Of a DNA stretch of 64,000 nucleotides, positions 27,285-40,496 are shown in pieces (the first letter of the stretch is position 1; every line of letters starts with the position of its first letter). The DNA comes from Octopus vulgaris. Its lineage: Eukaryota. Made by a program: the position numbers and the translations under genes. The notes beneath the pieces were generated by a model. It did no database searches and was not told where the DNA came from. It worked only from the letters and a program-made list of their open reading frames with translations. The stretch covers positions 203,050,001 through 203,114,000 of the forward strand of contig OX597814.1 of the NCBI GenBank assembly GCA_951406725.2, read 5' to 3'.

Positions 27285-27491
27285 TGTAGATAGATGGATG
27301 GATGGATGGACGGACCGACGGACAGATGGATGGATGGACGGATGGACAGACAGATGGATTAACAGACAGATATATAGACAGAGAGATAGTTAGATAGACA
27401 GATAAGCAGATAAACAGACAGACAGATAGGCAGATAAACAGATAGACAGACAGACAGATAGATAGATAGATAGGCAGGCAGGCAGGCAGGC
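27285..27491. repeat. Graded tetranucleotide microsatellite (ATAG/ATGG/ACGG/ACAG/GCAG)
   Basis: Directly visible; follows a family-1 SINE head at about 27140-27280. Confidence 0.9.
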
Positions 27492-28124
27492 ATCCTCGTG
27501 GCCAAACAGATTTTTCACAGAAGACTGGAAACAATCACTTGCATGAAGGTGATTCTTCTTTACAAGAATCACTTGATATCAAGGCAAAGTTACACACACA
27601 TACACTTGTGCGTGTGTGCATTTGAATTTAGAAGCAAAAGAGAAAAATGACTCGATACCGAAGGAGAGTGTAATTATTTGTTGTAGTTTCTCCTTTTTTA
27701 TTGTGTGTTGCTACACGTTCTGAGATGAGTGAAGAATCACACAATAAGGTTAATCTCTAACAGCAAAGATTAATCTTAGCACTATACTGAATGTGAGATA
27801 CAAGACATTATAAGTGCTACCTTGAGATTAAAAACAAAAAAGAAAAGCAGAACACTTCAATGGCGCACAAACATTGTATCAACCACTTTCTGGATGACCA
27901 TATTACGGATTACACCATTTGTCACCTAACCAGATTAGTTTATAAATATTCTGTTAATATAAACTAACTCTGAGAAAAAATACAGGTCAGGGCATTCAAG
28001 TAAAAGTAACTTGTGGTATTTATTCCACCCGAGTAATGCGAGGATGTTACTCTTGCCGTCAGAAATGTGATAAACTAATGAAAGACCCATTCATTAGAAA
28101 CTGTCGCTAGCAACACTATTCTTG

Positions 28125-28337
28125 TATTCTTTTATTTGTTTCAGTCATTTGACTGCAGCCATGCTGGAGTACCGCCCTTAGTCAAACAAATTGACCCCCA
28201 GGACTTATTCTTTGTAAGCCTTGTATTTATTCTGTTGCGCTATTTTGCTGAACTGCTAAGTTACAGGGACGTAAACACACCAACATTGGTTGTTAAGCGA
28301 CAAGGTGGGAGGACAAACAGACACAAACATATACATA

Positions 28338-28378
<41 letters not shown>

Positions 28379-29141
28379 CGGAGATGTACTTGCATAGCAA
28401 GTGACTTGATCTGAGATCATGTGCTGGAATGAAAACAATTGCAGCTTGGAAGGTGTTTATAAGCCATTTAAGAAACACACAAAACCGTTAGATTCACTTC
28501 AACATTTAAATTTAATTTCTCAAAATATTTTCTCAAAGCAACGAAAATATTTTAACAAATTATATATATATACACACACACGACAGGCCTCTTTCAGTTT
28601 CTGCCTAACCACTCACAAGGCTTTGGTTGGCCCAAGGCTATAGTGGAAGACACTTGCCCAAGGTACCGCACAGTGGAGCTGAACCCAGAACCATGTGGTG
28701 GGGAAGCAGGCTTCTTACCACACAGCCACACCTGCGCCTGTTTTTAAAATGTATTATATGCACACATATATATGTATGGTCCTGGCATTTGATGAGATGG
28801 GTGTGTGCTACAGTAGACTTGTGAGCTACATGGTAACCTGAAATAGGGCCATTGGCATGAGAAAAGCACCCAGTACCCTCTATAAAGTAGTTGCTGTTAA
28901 GAAGGACATCCAGCTGTAGAAACCATTCCAAAACAGACTATGAAGCATGATGCAGACTTTCCAACACATGCTAGCATGTTTCAGTCATTTGACTGTGGCC
29001 ATGCTGGAGCACCACCTTTAGTCAGGTAAATCAACCCCAGAACTTATTCTTTGTAAGCCTAGTACTTATTGTATTGGTCTCTTTTGCCAAACTGCTGAGT
29101 AACACACCAGCATCAGTTGTCAAGCGATGTTGGGGTGACAA

Positions 29142-29172
<31 letters not shown>

Positions 29173-29357
29173 TATATATACATACATATATACAATGGGC
29201 TTCTTTCAGTTTCCGCCTACCAAATCCACTCACAAGGCTTTGGTCAACCCGAGGCTATAGTAGAAGACACTTGCCCATGGTGCCACGCAGTAGGACTGAA
29301 CCCAGAACCATGTGGTTCGTAAGCAAGCTACTTACCACACAGCCATTCCTACGCCTA
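28125..29357 (-). mobile_element. Two family-1 SINEs (28125-28740, interrupted at 28378-28560; and 28978-29357) with an RTE-tail piece between
   Basis: Same diagnostic segments as 24420-24797. Confidence 0.75.
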
Positions 29358-30709
29358 TACGTAACTTCTACCAAATATGTTGAGTGTCACTTGCTTTCAT
29401 TTGTTCACTCCCTTCTGTATGTGTGTGTGTGTGTTTGCGTGTGTGCATGTGAGTGTGTGTGTGTGTGTGTGCACTCACATGTGTATGTGTAGACAGAAAG
29501 ACGGTCGAGTAAGCTAAGTCCTTTTACACAACATAACTTTACTTTGACTTTTATAAACTCTTAATATGTGAGAATTCTTCACTTTAGCATGAAAATATTT
29601 TTAAAGTTTGGGTTACATCATAGAATTTCTTGCATGTTCCAAAGTAAGTTTCAACATGGATTAAAAATGGTAATATATTCCTACAAAAAGAAAAGCTTTA
29701 TTTCACCATTGTTCTTCTGAGAGTCTTTTTTTCTCTCTCATTTTTAACTGAACCAAAAAGACTATCTCTATAGGAATAGGTTTAAATTTTTCCCTATGAA
29801 TTTCAAGAATATTGTAATATTCTTGTCTTTGTTTCTTGTGCCTGAATAATCTTTTATATGTGTGACTAAGTGAAGCACATAATTCAGATGGTTACAAGTT
29901 ATCTTCAACATATTTAGTTCTGTTGAAAATAAGAATTATTTTTGCCCTAGAGATAACAGAAATTTTATACTTTCTAGGCATATACTTAGATTCCATATTA
30001 CAACTTAACATAACTAAAAACTTTTTCTTTTCGGGTTTGTTTTTGTTTAGGTTTTTATTCTTTCTTTCTGTCTTTTTGTTGTTTTTTTAAATAACATTTT
30101 AGGTGTCATATTCTTCGTAACAAAACACTTTTACAATTACATCTCCGAAACTAAGAAAAAGCAACAAATATTTCTAAATGAACGAAAGCTCTTTCATAAT
30201 GTTATGAAACAGCCTTGTGAAATTTGATGTTTCAAAACATCCCTTGGTTAAAAACTGAATCCTTCCAATGCTTTTTTTTTTGCAAACAATTCAATGTTGT
30301 TGGTAAGTAAACAAACCATACAGCTTCAAAATAAAAAAAAAAATTCCTTCTTTTTAAAGTATTCTTTTACTCTTGTATTTCAAATTAGCCAACAACTCAT
30401 ATATTTCCAAAACTAGATATATATTCTTCTATTGTTTTTTTTATTTCAATTCTCTTTGCAGTCAATTTTTTTTTTTTTTTTGTAGGAAAAGCATATTAGA
30501 GTTGATTTTCTCCCTTGTTGTTTTCTTACAATGTGTGTGTGTGTGTGTTTATTTTATTGATCCACATTGTTAAGTCTATTATTAGATGTTTTATTCTGTA
30601 TATATATATATATATATATTTATTGATGTTTCCCAGCACTTTGCATTGATGAATTCTACCTTCTGGTGTGTCCAAACGCATACACATGTGTGTGTATGTG
30701 TATGGATAT

Positions 30710-30755
<46 letters not shown>

Positions 30756-30799
30756 GTATATATAAAACAAAGTGAAGTTGTAAGGTACCGCACGAGTGG

Positions 30800-30843
<44 letters not shown>

Positions 30844-31359
30844 GTATGTGTATATATGTGTTTACATGCATGTGTGTGTGTGTGTGTGTACCCACCCCCT
30901 GTATATAGTTTTATTTCCTAAATATCCTACCTCACACTTATTATCAAACATTAGGTTTTGAAGTGATAACCATGCTCACTAATTATATTAAATAATAGAT
31001 AAATTTAATTTATCAGAATATCTTGTATCAGACTCTTAATATTAATAATAATAAAAAAGAAAAGAAAATGATGTGAATGCAATGCATAAAATTAATTATA
31101 GCTTTGAATTATAAATCGCAGGATTTATTGATCTGATTAAATATTGATTTGTATGGATATTTTGTTTACTTTTGTCACACATGAAATCAAAATGATAATA
31201 TAGCTTTCAACTCCACTTCTCTGACGTAGCTAATTTTATTGGAGAAAGTATGATTGTCACAACATCCCATACTGTAGGGGCTCCATCAGCTTATCTTGAC
31301 TGCATTTGCACTAGTGTGTGAGGTAAGAATTTTTTTTTTTTTTTTAAGGAAGTCTAAAT

Positions 31360-31790
31360 GACATGGCTGTGTGGTTAAGAAGCTGACTTCACAACCATGT
31401 GGTTCTGGGTTCAGTCCCACTGCAACATGGTTGTGTGGTTATGAAGCTGACTTAGCAACCATGTGGTTGTAGGTTCAGTCCTACTGCATGACACCTCAAG
31501 CAAGTATCTTCTGTAGCTCCAGGCCAAATAAATCCTTGTAAGTAAATTTAGTAGGTGGAAACTGTGGACACCCATCATGCAGATATGTGTATGTCTTTGT
31601 GTCTGTGTTTTCCCCCACCCCCACAGCTTGGCACATGCTGTTGGTTCGTTTATATCCCCATGAACTAACAGTTCAGGGAAAAGAGACAGATAGACTAAGT
31701 GCTCAGGTCAATTTGTTTGATTAGGCCTTTCAGAGTGACACTCCAGCATGGCCAGAGTTCAGTGACTGAAACAAGTAAAAGATAAAATGC
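31360..31790 (+). mobile_element. Family-1 SINE with tandemly duplicated ~64-bp tRNA-like head
   Basis: acatggctgtgtggttaagaagctgac...ggttcagtcc occurs twice (31361 and 31425). Confidence 0.75.
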
Positions 31791-32284
31791 AAGTCTCCCC
31801 CTCTTCCCTCCCTCAACCACCAAAGTTTATTCAAGAGAAAGGCCACTGACTTGGGCCAATTCTGCTTGGCACCAATGTCAGAATATAATATAAAGAGCTA
31901 CGACAGATATACTGCAAGGCATCCTACCCAATCCTCTAACAATCCCCTTCAGCTAATCCTTTTCACTCAATCTACTATCCAGGATTAATACTTTTTTTTT
32001 ATCAAATCTGAAAGAGTGAAAGGCAGAGTTGACCATAGCAGGATTTGATCTCAGAGCACAAAGAGTCGAAAGAAATACCATAAGGCATTTTATCTAGCAC
32101 TCGTATTAGTCATATCTTTTTATGTTTTATTTGTTTCAGTCATTAGACTTTGGCCATGCTGGTGCACTGCCTTGAAGACTTTTTGAATTGGTGAATTGAC
32201 CCCAGGACATTTTTTCGTTTTTGTAAAACCTGGTCCTTATTGTATCAGTCACTTTTGCTGGACTGTTTAGTTACAAGGATGTAA

Positions 32285-32320
<36 letters not shown>

Positions 32321-33392
32321 TTGTGTGACTTTGTGTCTGTGTTTGTCTTCCACCACCACTTAACAACCTGTGATGATGTGTTTATGTCCCTATAACTTAG
32401 TGGTTCACCCTTAAAAAAAAAGATAAGTACTGGGATCAGTTCATTCAACTAAAAATTCCTCAAGGCAGTGCCCCAGCATGGCTGCAATCCAATGACTGGA
32501 GCAAGCAAAAGATAAAGCATTATCTCCATAAAGACACCATTACCAGCTGCTTAACTTCCCTAAAGCTACACCAATGACCATATATATAAAATAGGGGGCA
32601 TTTTTAGCCACACCCTGTATTGCAGTAAAGTTGTATGCAGCAACATTTGATCCAAAAATTATTTAGATTTCAGTAAATGTTTTCTTTTAATGTCCATTGC
32701 AGATTAGTTTGTAAAAGTTGAGAAGATTTAAACCAATCCAAATCCTTACATTACACGTTGGGAGAATTCTTCACTGCTATGCATACTAAGCATTTTTTCC
32801 AATTGAGTACAGTTTTAATTCCAGCTTATTTTATAACACCTGGGAACTGTGTATGAGTGTGTGTGTGTGTGTGTGCGTATGTGTTTGTGTGTGCGTATGT
32901 GTTTGTGTGTGTTGTGTGTGTGTTTGTCTATGTGTGAAGGTACGGCTGTCCCTTGCTCAATGTACTTAATTAATCTCTCAATATTCCATCATATATCAAA
33001 GCCATGTCATTCAAATTTAATAACCATTGAGAATAATTATAATTATTAATCCTGAAAAATAGAATTTAAAAAAAAAAAAAAAACCAGTCAGGAATTAGTG
33101 TAAATCATTTATTTTCAGAGAAAAATCCATCAAGACCCAAATGAACAGTTTAAATGGGGAAAACGCTGTCAGCTTGGCTGTTCACTCACAGCTGTTTGAA
33201 TGCCGTTTTTGAAATACAGAAATCAAATTTTATACTCAGTAAATTAAGAAGTAGTTAAAATAATTTTAATTGCAGTAATTAAAACTGCATTCATGAACAA
33301 TCACAGTAAGCAAGAGATAACTGCAGACATGTATGTGTGTGCGCATGCATATGCATTCTGCATATTCCTGAAGTGGTTATGTAAACATGCAT

Positions 33393-33733
33393 GGAGGCGC
33401 AATGGCCCAGTGGTTAGGGCTGCAGACTCCCAGTTGTAGGATCGTGGTTTCAATTCCCAGACCGGGTGTTGTGAGTGTTTATTGAGCGAAAACACCAAAA
33501 GATCCACAAGGCTCCAGCAGGGGGTGGTGGTGAACCCTGCTGTACACTTTTGCTACAACTTTCTCTCACTCTTTCTTCTTGTTTCTGTTGTACCCTTATG
33601 TCAAAGAGCCAGCTTTGTCACACTCTGTGTCTCGCTGAATCTCCCCGAAAACTACGTTAAGGGTACATATGTCTGTGGAGTGCTCAGCCATTTGCATGTT
33701 TATTTCATGAGCAGGCTGTTCTGTTGATCAGAT
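33393..33733 (+). mobile_element. tRNA-derived SINE family 3
   Basis: A-box tggcccagtgg and B-box ggtttcaattccc; 3' domain gtgctcagcca.ttgca...gagcaggctgttc shared with 34080-34203 and 51355-51460. Confidence 0.7.
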
Positions 33734-34044
33734 GTAAACATGTGAGTTCTTGTAAGAAAGGTATTTTGAAGTTACACACACACACATATATATATACAAA
33801 CATACATATAGACATGAGTGTGTGTGCATGTGTGTGTGTGTGTGTGTTACGAAAGGTATCCAGCCATAGAAACTATGTCAAAGCTGACACTGAAGCTCAC
33901 TGTAGTCTTGTGGATCACTGGATCCTATCAAAGTAATCAATGCCATGGGCCAGCATGCAAAAACAATTGTTAAATGATGATGATACATATATTTACATGC
34001 ACACATGTATCTACATAGGTATACATACATTATGTCTAAAACTG

Positions 34045-34345
34045 GCTCCTCTTTGTCAATTACAATGAGGGTTCCAATTGATCCAATCAATGGAACAGCC
34101 TGCTCATCAAATTCACATGCAAGTGGCTGAGCACTCCACAGACCCATGTACCCTTAACTTAGTTCTCAGGGAGATTCAGCATGACACAGAATGTGACAAG
34201 GCTTTTTGAATTAAAGGTACAACTCATTTTTGCCAGCTGAGTAGACTGGATAGTACCTAAAGAACACATTGCACTGCCAGGAATTGAACCCACAACCTGA
34301 TGGTCATGATCGAAATACCCAAACCACTAAACCATGCATCTTCAC
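34045..34345 (-). mobile_element. SINE related to family 3, inverted
   Basis: 34081-34203 is the reverse complement of 33611-33733 with scattered mismatches. Confidence 0.7.
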
Positions 34346-34349
34346 ATTA

Positions 34350-34407
<58 letters not shown>

Positions 34408-34566
34408 AGAAAGTTGGTGTGTGAAAGCACGTGGTTGAATATATAGAAAATAGTAAAAAGTGAAAAAACTACAGAAGGCTTGTTTTAAAAGGTTAAAAAA
34501 TATATATTTGAGTCATTATGTCTGAAGAATGTTATAAATTTTTTTCATACAATGACATAGTTTTTG

Positions 34567-34606
34567 AAGAAATGACCGGTTTCGCTTTCAGCTTTTCAAA
34601 TTTCTT
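34567..34606 (-). ncRNA. Minimal type-I hammerhead ribozyme, structurally intact, U3-A8 core variant
   Basis: Minus strand AAGAAAU-UUGAAAA-GCU gaa AGC-GAAA-CCGG-UC^AUUUCUU: perfect 7-bp stem I, 3-bp stem II, palindromic ACCGGU stem III region and a GUC cleavage triplet. Lies in a ~225-bp insert (34403-34628) between (TA)n tracts. Confidence 0.75.
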
Positions 34607-34999
34607 ACATCGTTATGTTTACAAAGAATATATATATATATATATATATATATGCTGAGAAAGAGTGACAGGGAGAGGATTATCAACAGCAGTAGATTGG
34701 TAAGATTTTTAGAGCAACACAGAAAATTCTGAGTTCAAATCCTACGAAGGTCATTAATTATCTTTGCCTTTCATAATAATATATCACAAATTTGTTACAC
34801 TTAATCCATGTTCAGTTTATCACCAACACCTGACCCTTTCTTGAGCACTCCATTCTGTTTGTTGCCAGCATTTGGCTTAGATCTTTGGTATCAGGATAAA
34901 TTCCTGATGTCATCTTATCAATCTTGAAATTCCTGTGAAAAGGTCTCAGGTGCTGATCTTTTCTGGCAGACTAAAGTATACGAAAAAATAGGAAATGGT

Positions 35000-35198
35000 T
35001 TATTCTTTTATTTGTTTCAGTCGTTTGACTGCGACCATGCTGGAGCACCACCTTTAGTCGAACAAATCAACCCCAGAACTTATTCTTTGTAAGCCTAGTG
35101 CTTATTCTATCAGTATCTTTTGCCAAACCGCTAAGTTATAAGGATATAAACACATCAACATCAGTTGTCAGGTGATGGTAGGGGGGCACAAACACAGA

Positions 35199-35232
<34 letters not shown>

Positions 35233-35647
35233 ATAATAAATATTAGGGAATATGACTGCGACTCAAAAATTTGAAGATGTTAGCAGGCATGAAACGATCG
35301 TAGTGTGATATTAATTATATTTTTTTAATAATTTTGTTATATATTTAAATAATATAAATTAATCATATGTATTGGCTTAAGTTTTTCGTTGTTTGATTTG
35401 CCTAATAGTGGTTTTGTCTCTAATTTAATATAATATATATATATATTTATATATTTATATATATATATATATAGCTATAGATATGATGGGCTTCTTTCAG
35501 TTTCCATCTACCAGATCCTCTCACAAGGTTTTGGCCAGCCCAAGGCTATAGTAGAAAACACTTGCCTAAGGTACCACGCAATGGGACTGAACCCGGAACC
35601 ATGTGGTTGGTAAGCAATCTACTTATTACACAGCCGCTCCTGCGCCT
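35000..35647 (-). mobile_element. Family-1 SINE interrupted in its (TA)n by a Penelope-like insert (35230-35435)
   Basis: SINE halves at 35000-35200 and 35483-35647. Confidence 0.75.
35271..35302 (+). ncRNA. Degenerate hammerhead-like motif
   Basis: UUGAAGA-ugUUagcaGGca-u-GAAA-CGAUCG-UA; palindromic CGAUCG; stem I does not pair. Confidence 0.4.
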
Positions 35648-36199
35648 TTGATCACCTTTATTCCACAAAACCATCTCTAAACTGTGGATCTGTGCCAGTG
35701 TTCAGCTGAAATAAACATCAGAGATGCTTTGCCCCATACTGAAACTGCAGGAGCTATTCAGCCATTTTGCAAGCTGGAAAGCCTTCTGTATTACCACCAG
35801 GTATCTCAGGGTCACAAGTGTTTCACCCCTTAGCCTGAGCACACACACACACACATTATATACTTATATGTGTGTGCATGCCTTTTTGTTTCCAATTAAC
35901 GAGACATGTCACCTGTAGACATCAAGCAGAACATCTTAAAGAAAGTAATTACTGCACAACTATAAATTTAATTAGGTCAGCTATCTGACCCTACCATGGT
36001 GGCATTCTGACCCAGTTTTGATCATACTGGTGACAAATGTTCTTTCAAAATGCAGAAACTCTAAAAGTTTGGAGCTGGTCATTAATTATATTGATATTAC
36101 CAATATTTGATGTCCTATTTGTAATTAATTATAAACAGCTGAAATTAGCTTGTGTATATAATAGCTAATCCCAGCTAATGTATACTAATTATACTCTGT

Positions 36200-37045
36200 A
36201 TAGGCGTAGGCATGGCTGTGTGGTTATACAACTTGCTTTGCAATCAGATGGTTTGGGGTTCAGTCCCATTGCACAGCACCTCAGGCATGTGTCTTCTACT
36301 ATGCCCCTGGGTTGTCCAGTGCCTTTGAATTTGGCAGACAGAAACTGTGGAACCCCATCATATATGTATAATGTGTGTGCATTTGTGTCTGTCTGTCTGT
36401 CTTTGTTCGTGTCCTCTATCACTTCTTGACAACCAGTAATGGTTTGTTTACACCCACACAGCTTAGCAAAAGAGATTAACGGAATAAGTAAGCTAAACTC
36501 TTCAAGGTAGTGCCACAGCATGGCCACAGTCCAATGTCTGAAGTAAATAAAAAAGATAATATCTTGTGATATTTTTCCAGGGAAAGCTGTTTAATTATAA
36601 ATCCAAAACTTTCTTTAACGAACTGTATTATGCCTTTTGTCCCATTTTCCCTTGTTTCAGTCACTTAATTGTGACCATGCTGGGGCACTGCCCTGAAGGG
36701 TTTAGTCAAGCAAACTGACCCCAGTATTTTTTTTAAAGTCTGATACTTGTTTTCTCGCTCTCTTTTGCTGAATTAATCAGTTACAGGGATGTAAACAAAC
36801 CAATGTCAGTTGTCATATAGCGGGGGATGACACGCACAAATACAAAGACTCACTCACACACACACACACACACACACATGATGAGCTTCTGCAAAGTTTC
36901 TGCCTACCAAATTCACTAAAAAGGTATTTCTTGACTTGGGACTATCATAAAAAAAACCACTTACCCCGGGTGCTATGCAGTGGGACTGAACCCAAGATGA
37001 TGTGATTGCAAAACATGCTTCTTAACCACACAACCATTCCTGTGC
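36200..37045. mobile_element. Tail-to-tail inverted pair of family-1 SINEs (plus 36200-36560, minus 36650-37045)
   Basis: Diagnostic head and tail segments in opposite orientations, about 90 bp apart. Confidence 0.7.
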
Positions 37046-37715
37046 TTTTGCACATTAAAGATGGAACGGCATCACAATCACTCAACTTGCTAGAAATAGC
37101 AACCATATCTCCTTTAAATCACACTCTGTTGAACTAGAAATTGAAGGGGACATTGGATAACAATCTTTTTCTGCCCCCTATGTTTGGAGAGAATGAGATG
37201 AGAACAATTGGAACACCTTTTTATCATATACCTGCTCATTATATTTATTTAGTTCCATCCCAGATACATTCCTTAATGTCTTTATGTTCAGCTTGACTTT
37301 GTCTTTCCCCTTGATAAGGCCAATAAAATTTGAACAAACTGAGGTTAAGCTAAAAAAAGTCAAGGTGCTGAACAGTCGGATCAAGCCAAAATCCTCTGCT
37401 AGAAAAACAAATATCTTAACTCCACAGTTGTGCTTGCATCCATGTCTGTATGATTATGTACATATCATTAAATACTTCTTGAGATTGAATAAAGCCATCA
37501 GAGCTGGTAAACTCTATTTGCATTGATTAAATAACCTCACACACACACACACACACACTTACCAAAATCTATGCAGTTATTTGCATTCTTCAGATCTGTG
37601 CTGTTAAGTTCTTATCAATTTGGTGATTCTGTTTCTATGGAGTCTGAAAGCAAAACATTTGATGGAATCACACAGAATTAGCAAAGCAGACAAAACTAAG
37701 GTGATGTAATGTAAT

Positions 37716-38058
<343 letters not shown>

Positions 38059-38539
38059 TCTGTGTGTGTGTGCATGCATGCACAAATATTCACATGCACA
38101 TATATTTATATCTATATACATATATGCATGAATACATACATTATATATATATATACACACACACACACATATATTTATAGAGAGAGAGAGATGTCTGTAT
38201 GTATGCATATCTGTGTGTGTGTGTGTGTGTGTGTGCATGCATGCACAAACATTCACATGCACATATATTTATATCTATAAACATATATGCATGAATACAT
38301 ACATGATATATATATATATGCATGCATCTATCTATATATGCACGAATACACACACATATTCACACATACATATATATATGTGCATACATGTATGCATATC
38401 TACTGCATACTTACACACACACATATTGCTTTTATTATGATATACAAATGGCTGTGTGTGTGAATGCATGTGCATAGCAGCAGCAGCAGCATTATACTAT
38501 GCCTGTTTTTCTATGCTTGTATGTGTTAGATGGATTTTT

Positions 38540-39030
38540 TTTCAACACAACACCTTGCCACTACTTACCTTCCTTTGTCCTTTCTTTTATGACATTCAGC
38601 CTCTTTCATCCCTTTTTCACATCTTCCTCAACATTTCTCTTCCAAGAGTTCTTTCCACTTAGAAGTTCTCTTGGAACTTCTTGATCATTGTTATACACCT
38701 TACATACCTGTTCTACCTTAGTCTTCTCTCCAATACACTTCATCTAATAATTTTCTTTATGCACAGGTTTCCTTTCACTTTGCTTCTGCCTCTCTCTTCA
38801 TGCACACCAACTCATCCAGCAGAACATGCAAACCTTATTTCTTTCAAATCTTTTCCCATTCTCCAAATTCAGTGTTCATGATTCATTATCAACCAATATT
38901 TTGTACACAAGCATCATACAATCCACCCTTCATTCAAAGACAGAAACCCTTTATTACCACTAGCAGTAATAGCTCTCTGAACTTTTCCCACCTCATTCAT
39001 ACTTTGTCAAGCTTAGCATCTACAACCATT
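38540..39030 (-). mobile_element. Old RTE LINE ORF2 3' fragment
   Basis: Minus strand WEKFRELLLLVVIKGFCL*MKGGLYDACV and SWKRNVEED. Confidence 0.6.
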
Positions 39031-39875
39031 TGTTTTCTTTCCCATTTTCTGATGAGTATAAAGCCTCTACGGTTTGCATGTTCACCTGATTGGTAAGCAA
39101 TCAGATGACTGGTCAATTTTTTGAAGTTAATATTGAAAATGGTTAAGTCTATTGTATCACAGAATTCCAGGAGCTTTGTTCCCTTTTCGTTCTTTATATC
39201 TTATTCACAGCCTCCATCTATGCTGGAGAAGCTGTCATAATGGCTTCACCATAATGGTTTCTCTGTTAAAATTGCCAAGTGTGAGAGTGAAATCCACATC
39301 ATTCATTATCAAGACAGTCTACAGAGAGACCTCATAAAAACAGCTCTTCTATTCATCTCTCTCTTGATTGTTGTGCATATGTAGTAATAAATATTACTGT
39401 CTTGTCATCCATGACTTGAGTCATCCACTACAGCGATAATCTAATTTTTCATTGCTTTATATAGCAGCTGAATACTCTATGTCATTGATTGCGGAGAAAA
39501 CCAGATTTGTCTTCTGAGGAATGATCAAACTGCAAAATGATGATGGAGGGATATTTGTTTTCTAGTCTCAGACATAATTTCCATATATTAATAGTTGATG
39601 CAAATGTTAATAGACTGATTGGTGGGTCAGGCGATTTTTTACAGTCACACCTTACATCATCATATCAATGTCTTCTTAGCTGATAAGAGCAGATTCACGT
39701 CAAAGATTTATGACCTACTAGACTGCTATCCAGGTAATATCATCCGTTGATGAATGGGGGACCACAATGAACATCGTGTATCAATGTCTGAGTTCTGCTG
39801 TAGTGTGGGGAACCTCAAGGCATTCCAGGAAACCACCATTTACATCCTTCTACAGTTCCTGTCATGCATTGTTAA

Positions 39876-40096
39876 CCCTTTCGTTACTGTATTTATTTTG
39901 AGATGTTCTGTGTTTCTTTCAATTACTTTAGATATAACAAAGAATTTAGTAAAATAACTTAGTTATCATTCAGCTAGTGTTAGGATCATATATTGTGACT
40001 AAGGTTTGGTGGAAGATTTTAATTCAAAGCTTATGAAAACAAGACATTTGGACTACAGAGCCAGAGGTGGTTTCAGCCGGGTTGGTAACGAAAGGG
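39876..40096 (+). mobile_element. piggyBac-type MITE family A (~220 bp)
   Basis: TTAA|CCCTTTCGTTAC ... GTAACGAAAGGG|TTAA; perfect 12-bp TIR with TTAA TSD. Confidence 0.9.
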
Positions 40097-40496
40097 TTAA
40101 TAACGTCTGACAAGGGAGATAACTCCCTGTCTATAAACCCCATGGTGTACCTCAGAATATCACATCTCTACCCATTTCAGTTCCGAACATAGTTACCTAG
40201 GTAAAGTGGATAGAGAGTAAAGGAGGGGAATATAGAGTAAAAGAGTTATAGAGAGAGAGTTAAAATAAGAAGAGGTGCAGGATGAGTGCATGAGTAAGAG
40301 GAGGAGGAGTAAATGGCAGCGTAGTGACGGGGGGGGGGGGGAGTTCTACAAATGAGAAATTTGTTTTAATTTTATTTCAAGGTAATAAATATTTTTCTAT
40401 TGATAATTATTTTATTCATTTCATCATTCTGTATGAGCACCAAGAAATTTGATAGAAGTTAAATTGTAATTATTATATATATGCTACATCATCATT

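Noticed and set aside
28378-28560. Hammerhead in the (TA)n-embedded insert with terminal hairpin aaaatattttc...gaaaatatttt
   Set aside because: Hairpin present but no CUGANGA-type core found; kept only as an unclassified insert
33393-33470. tRNA genes at SINE heads (also 19424, 44685, 54017)
   Set aside because: A and B boxes run straight into SINE bodies; no complete cloverleaf or terminator
39190-39860. Possible second mariner relic
   Set aside because: Composition suggests decayed coding sequence, but no diagnostic motif could be read with confidence
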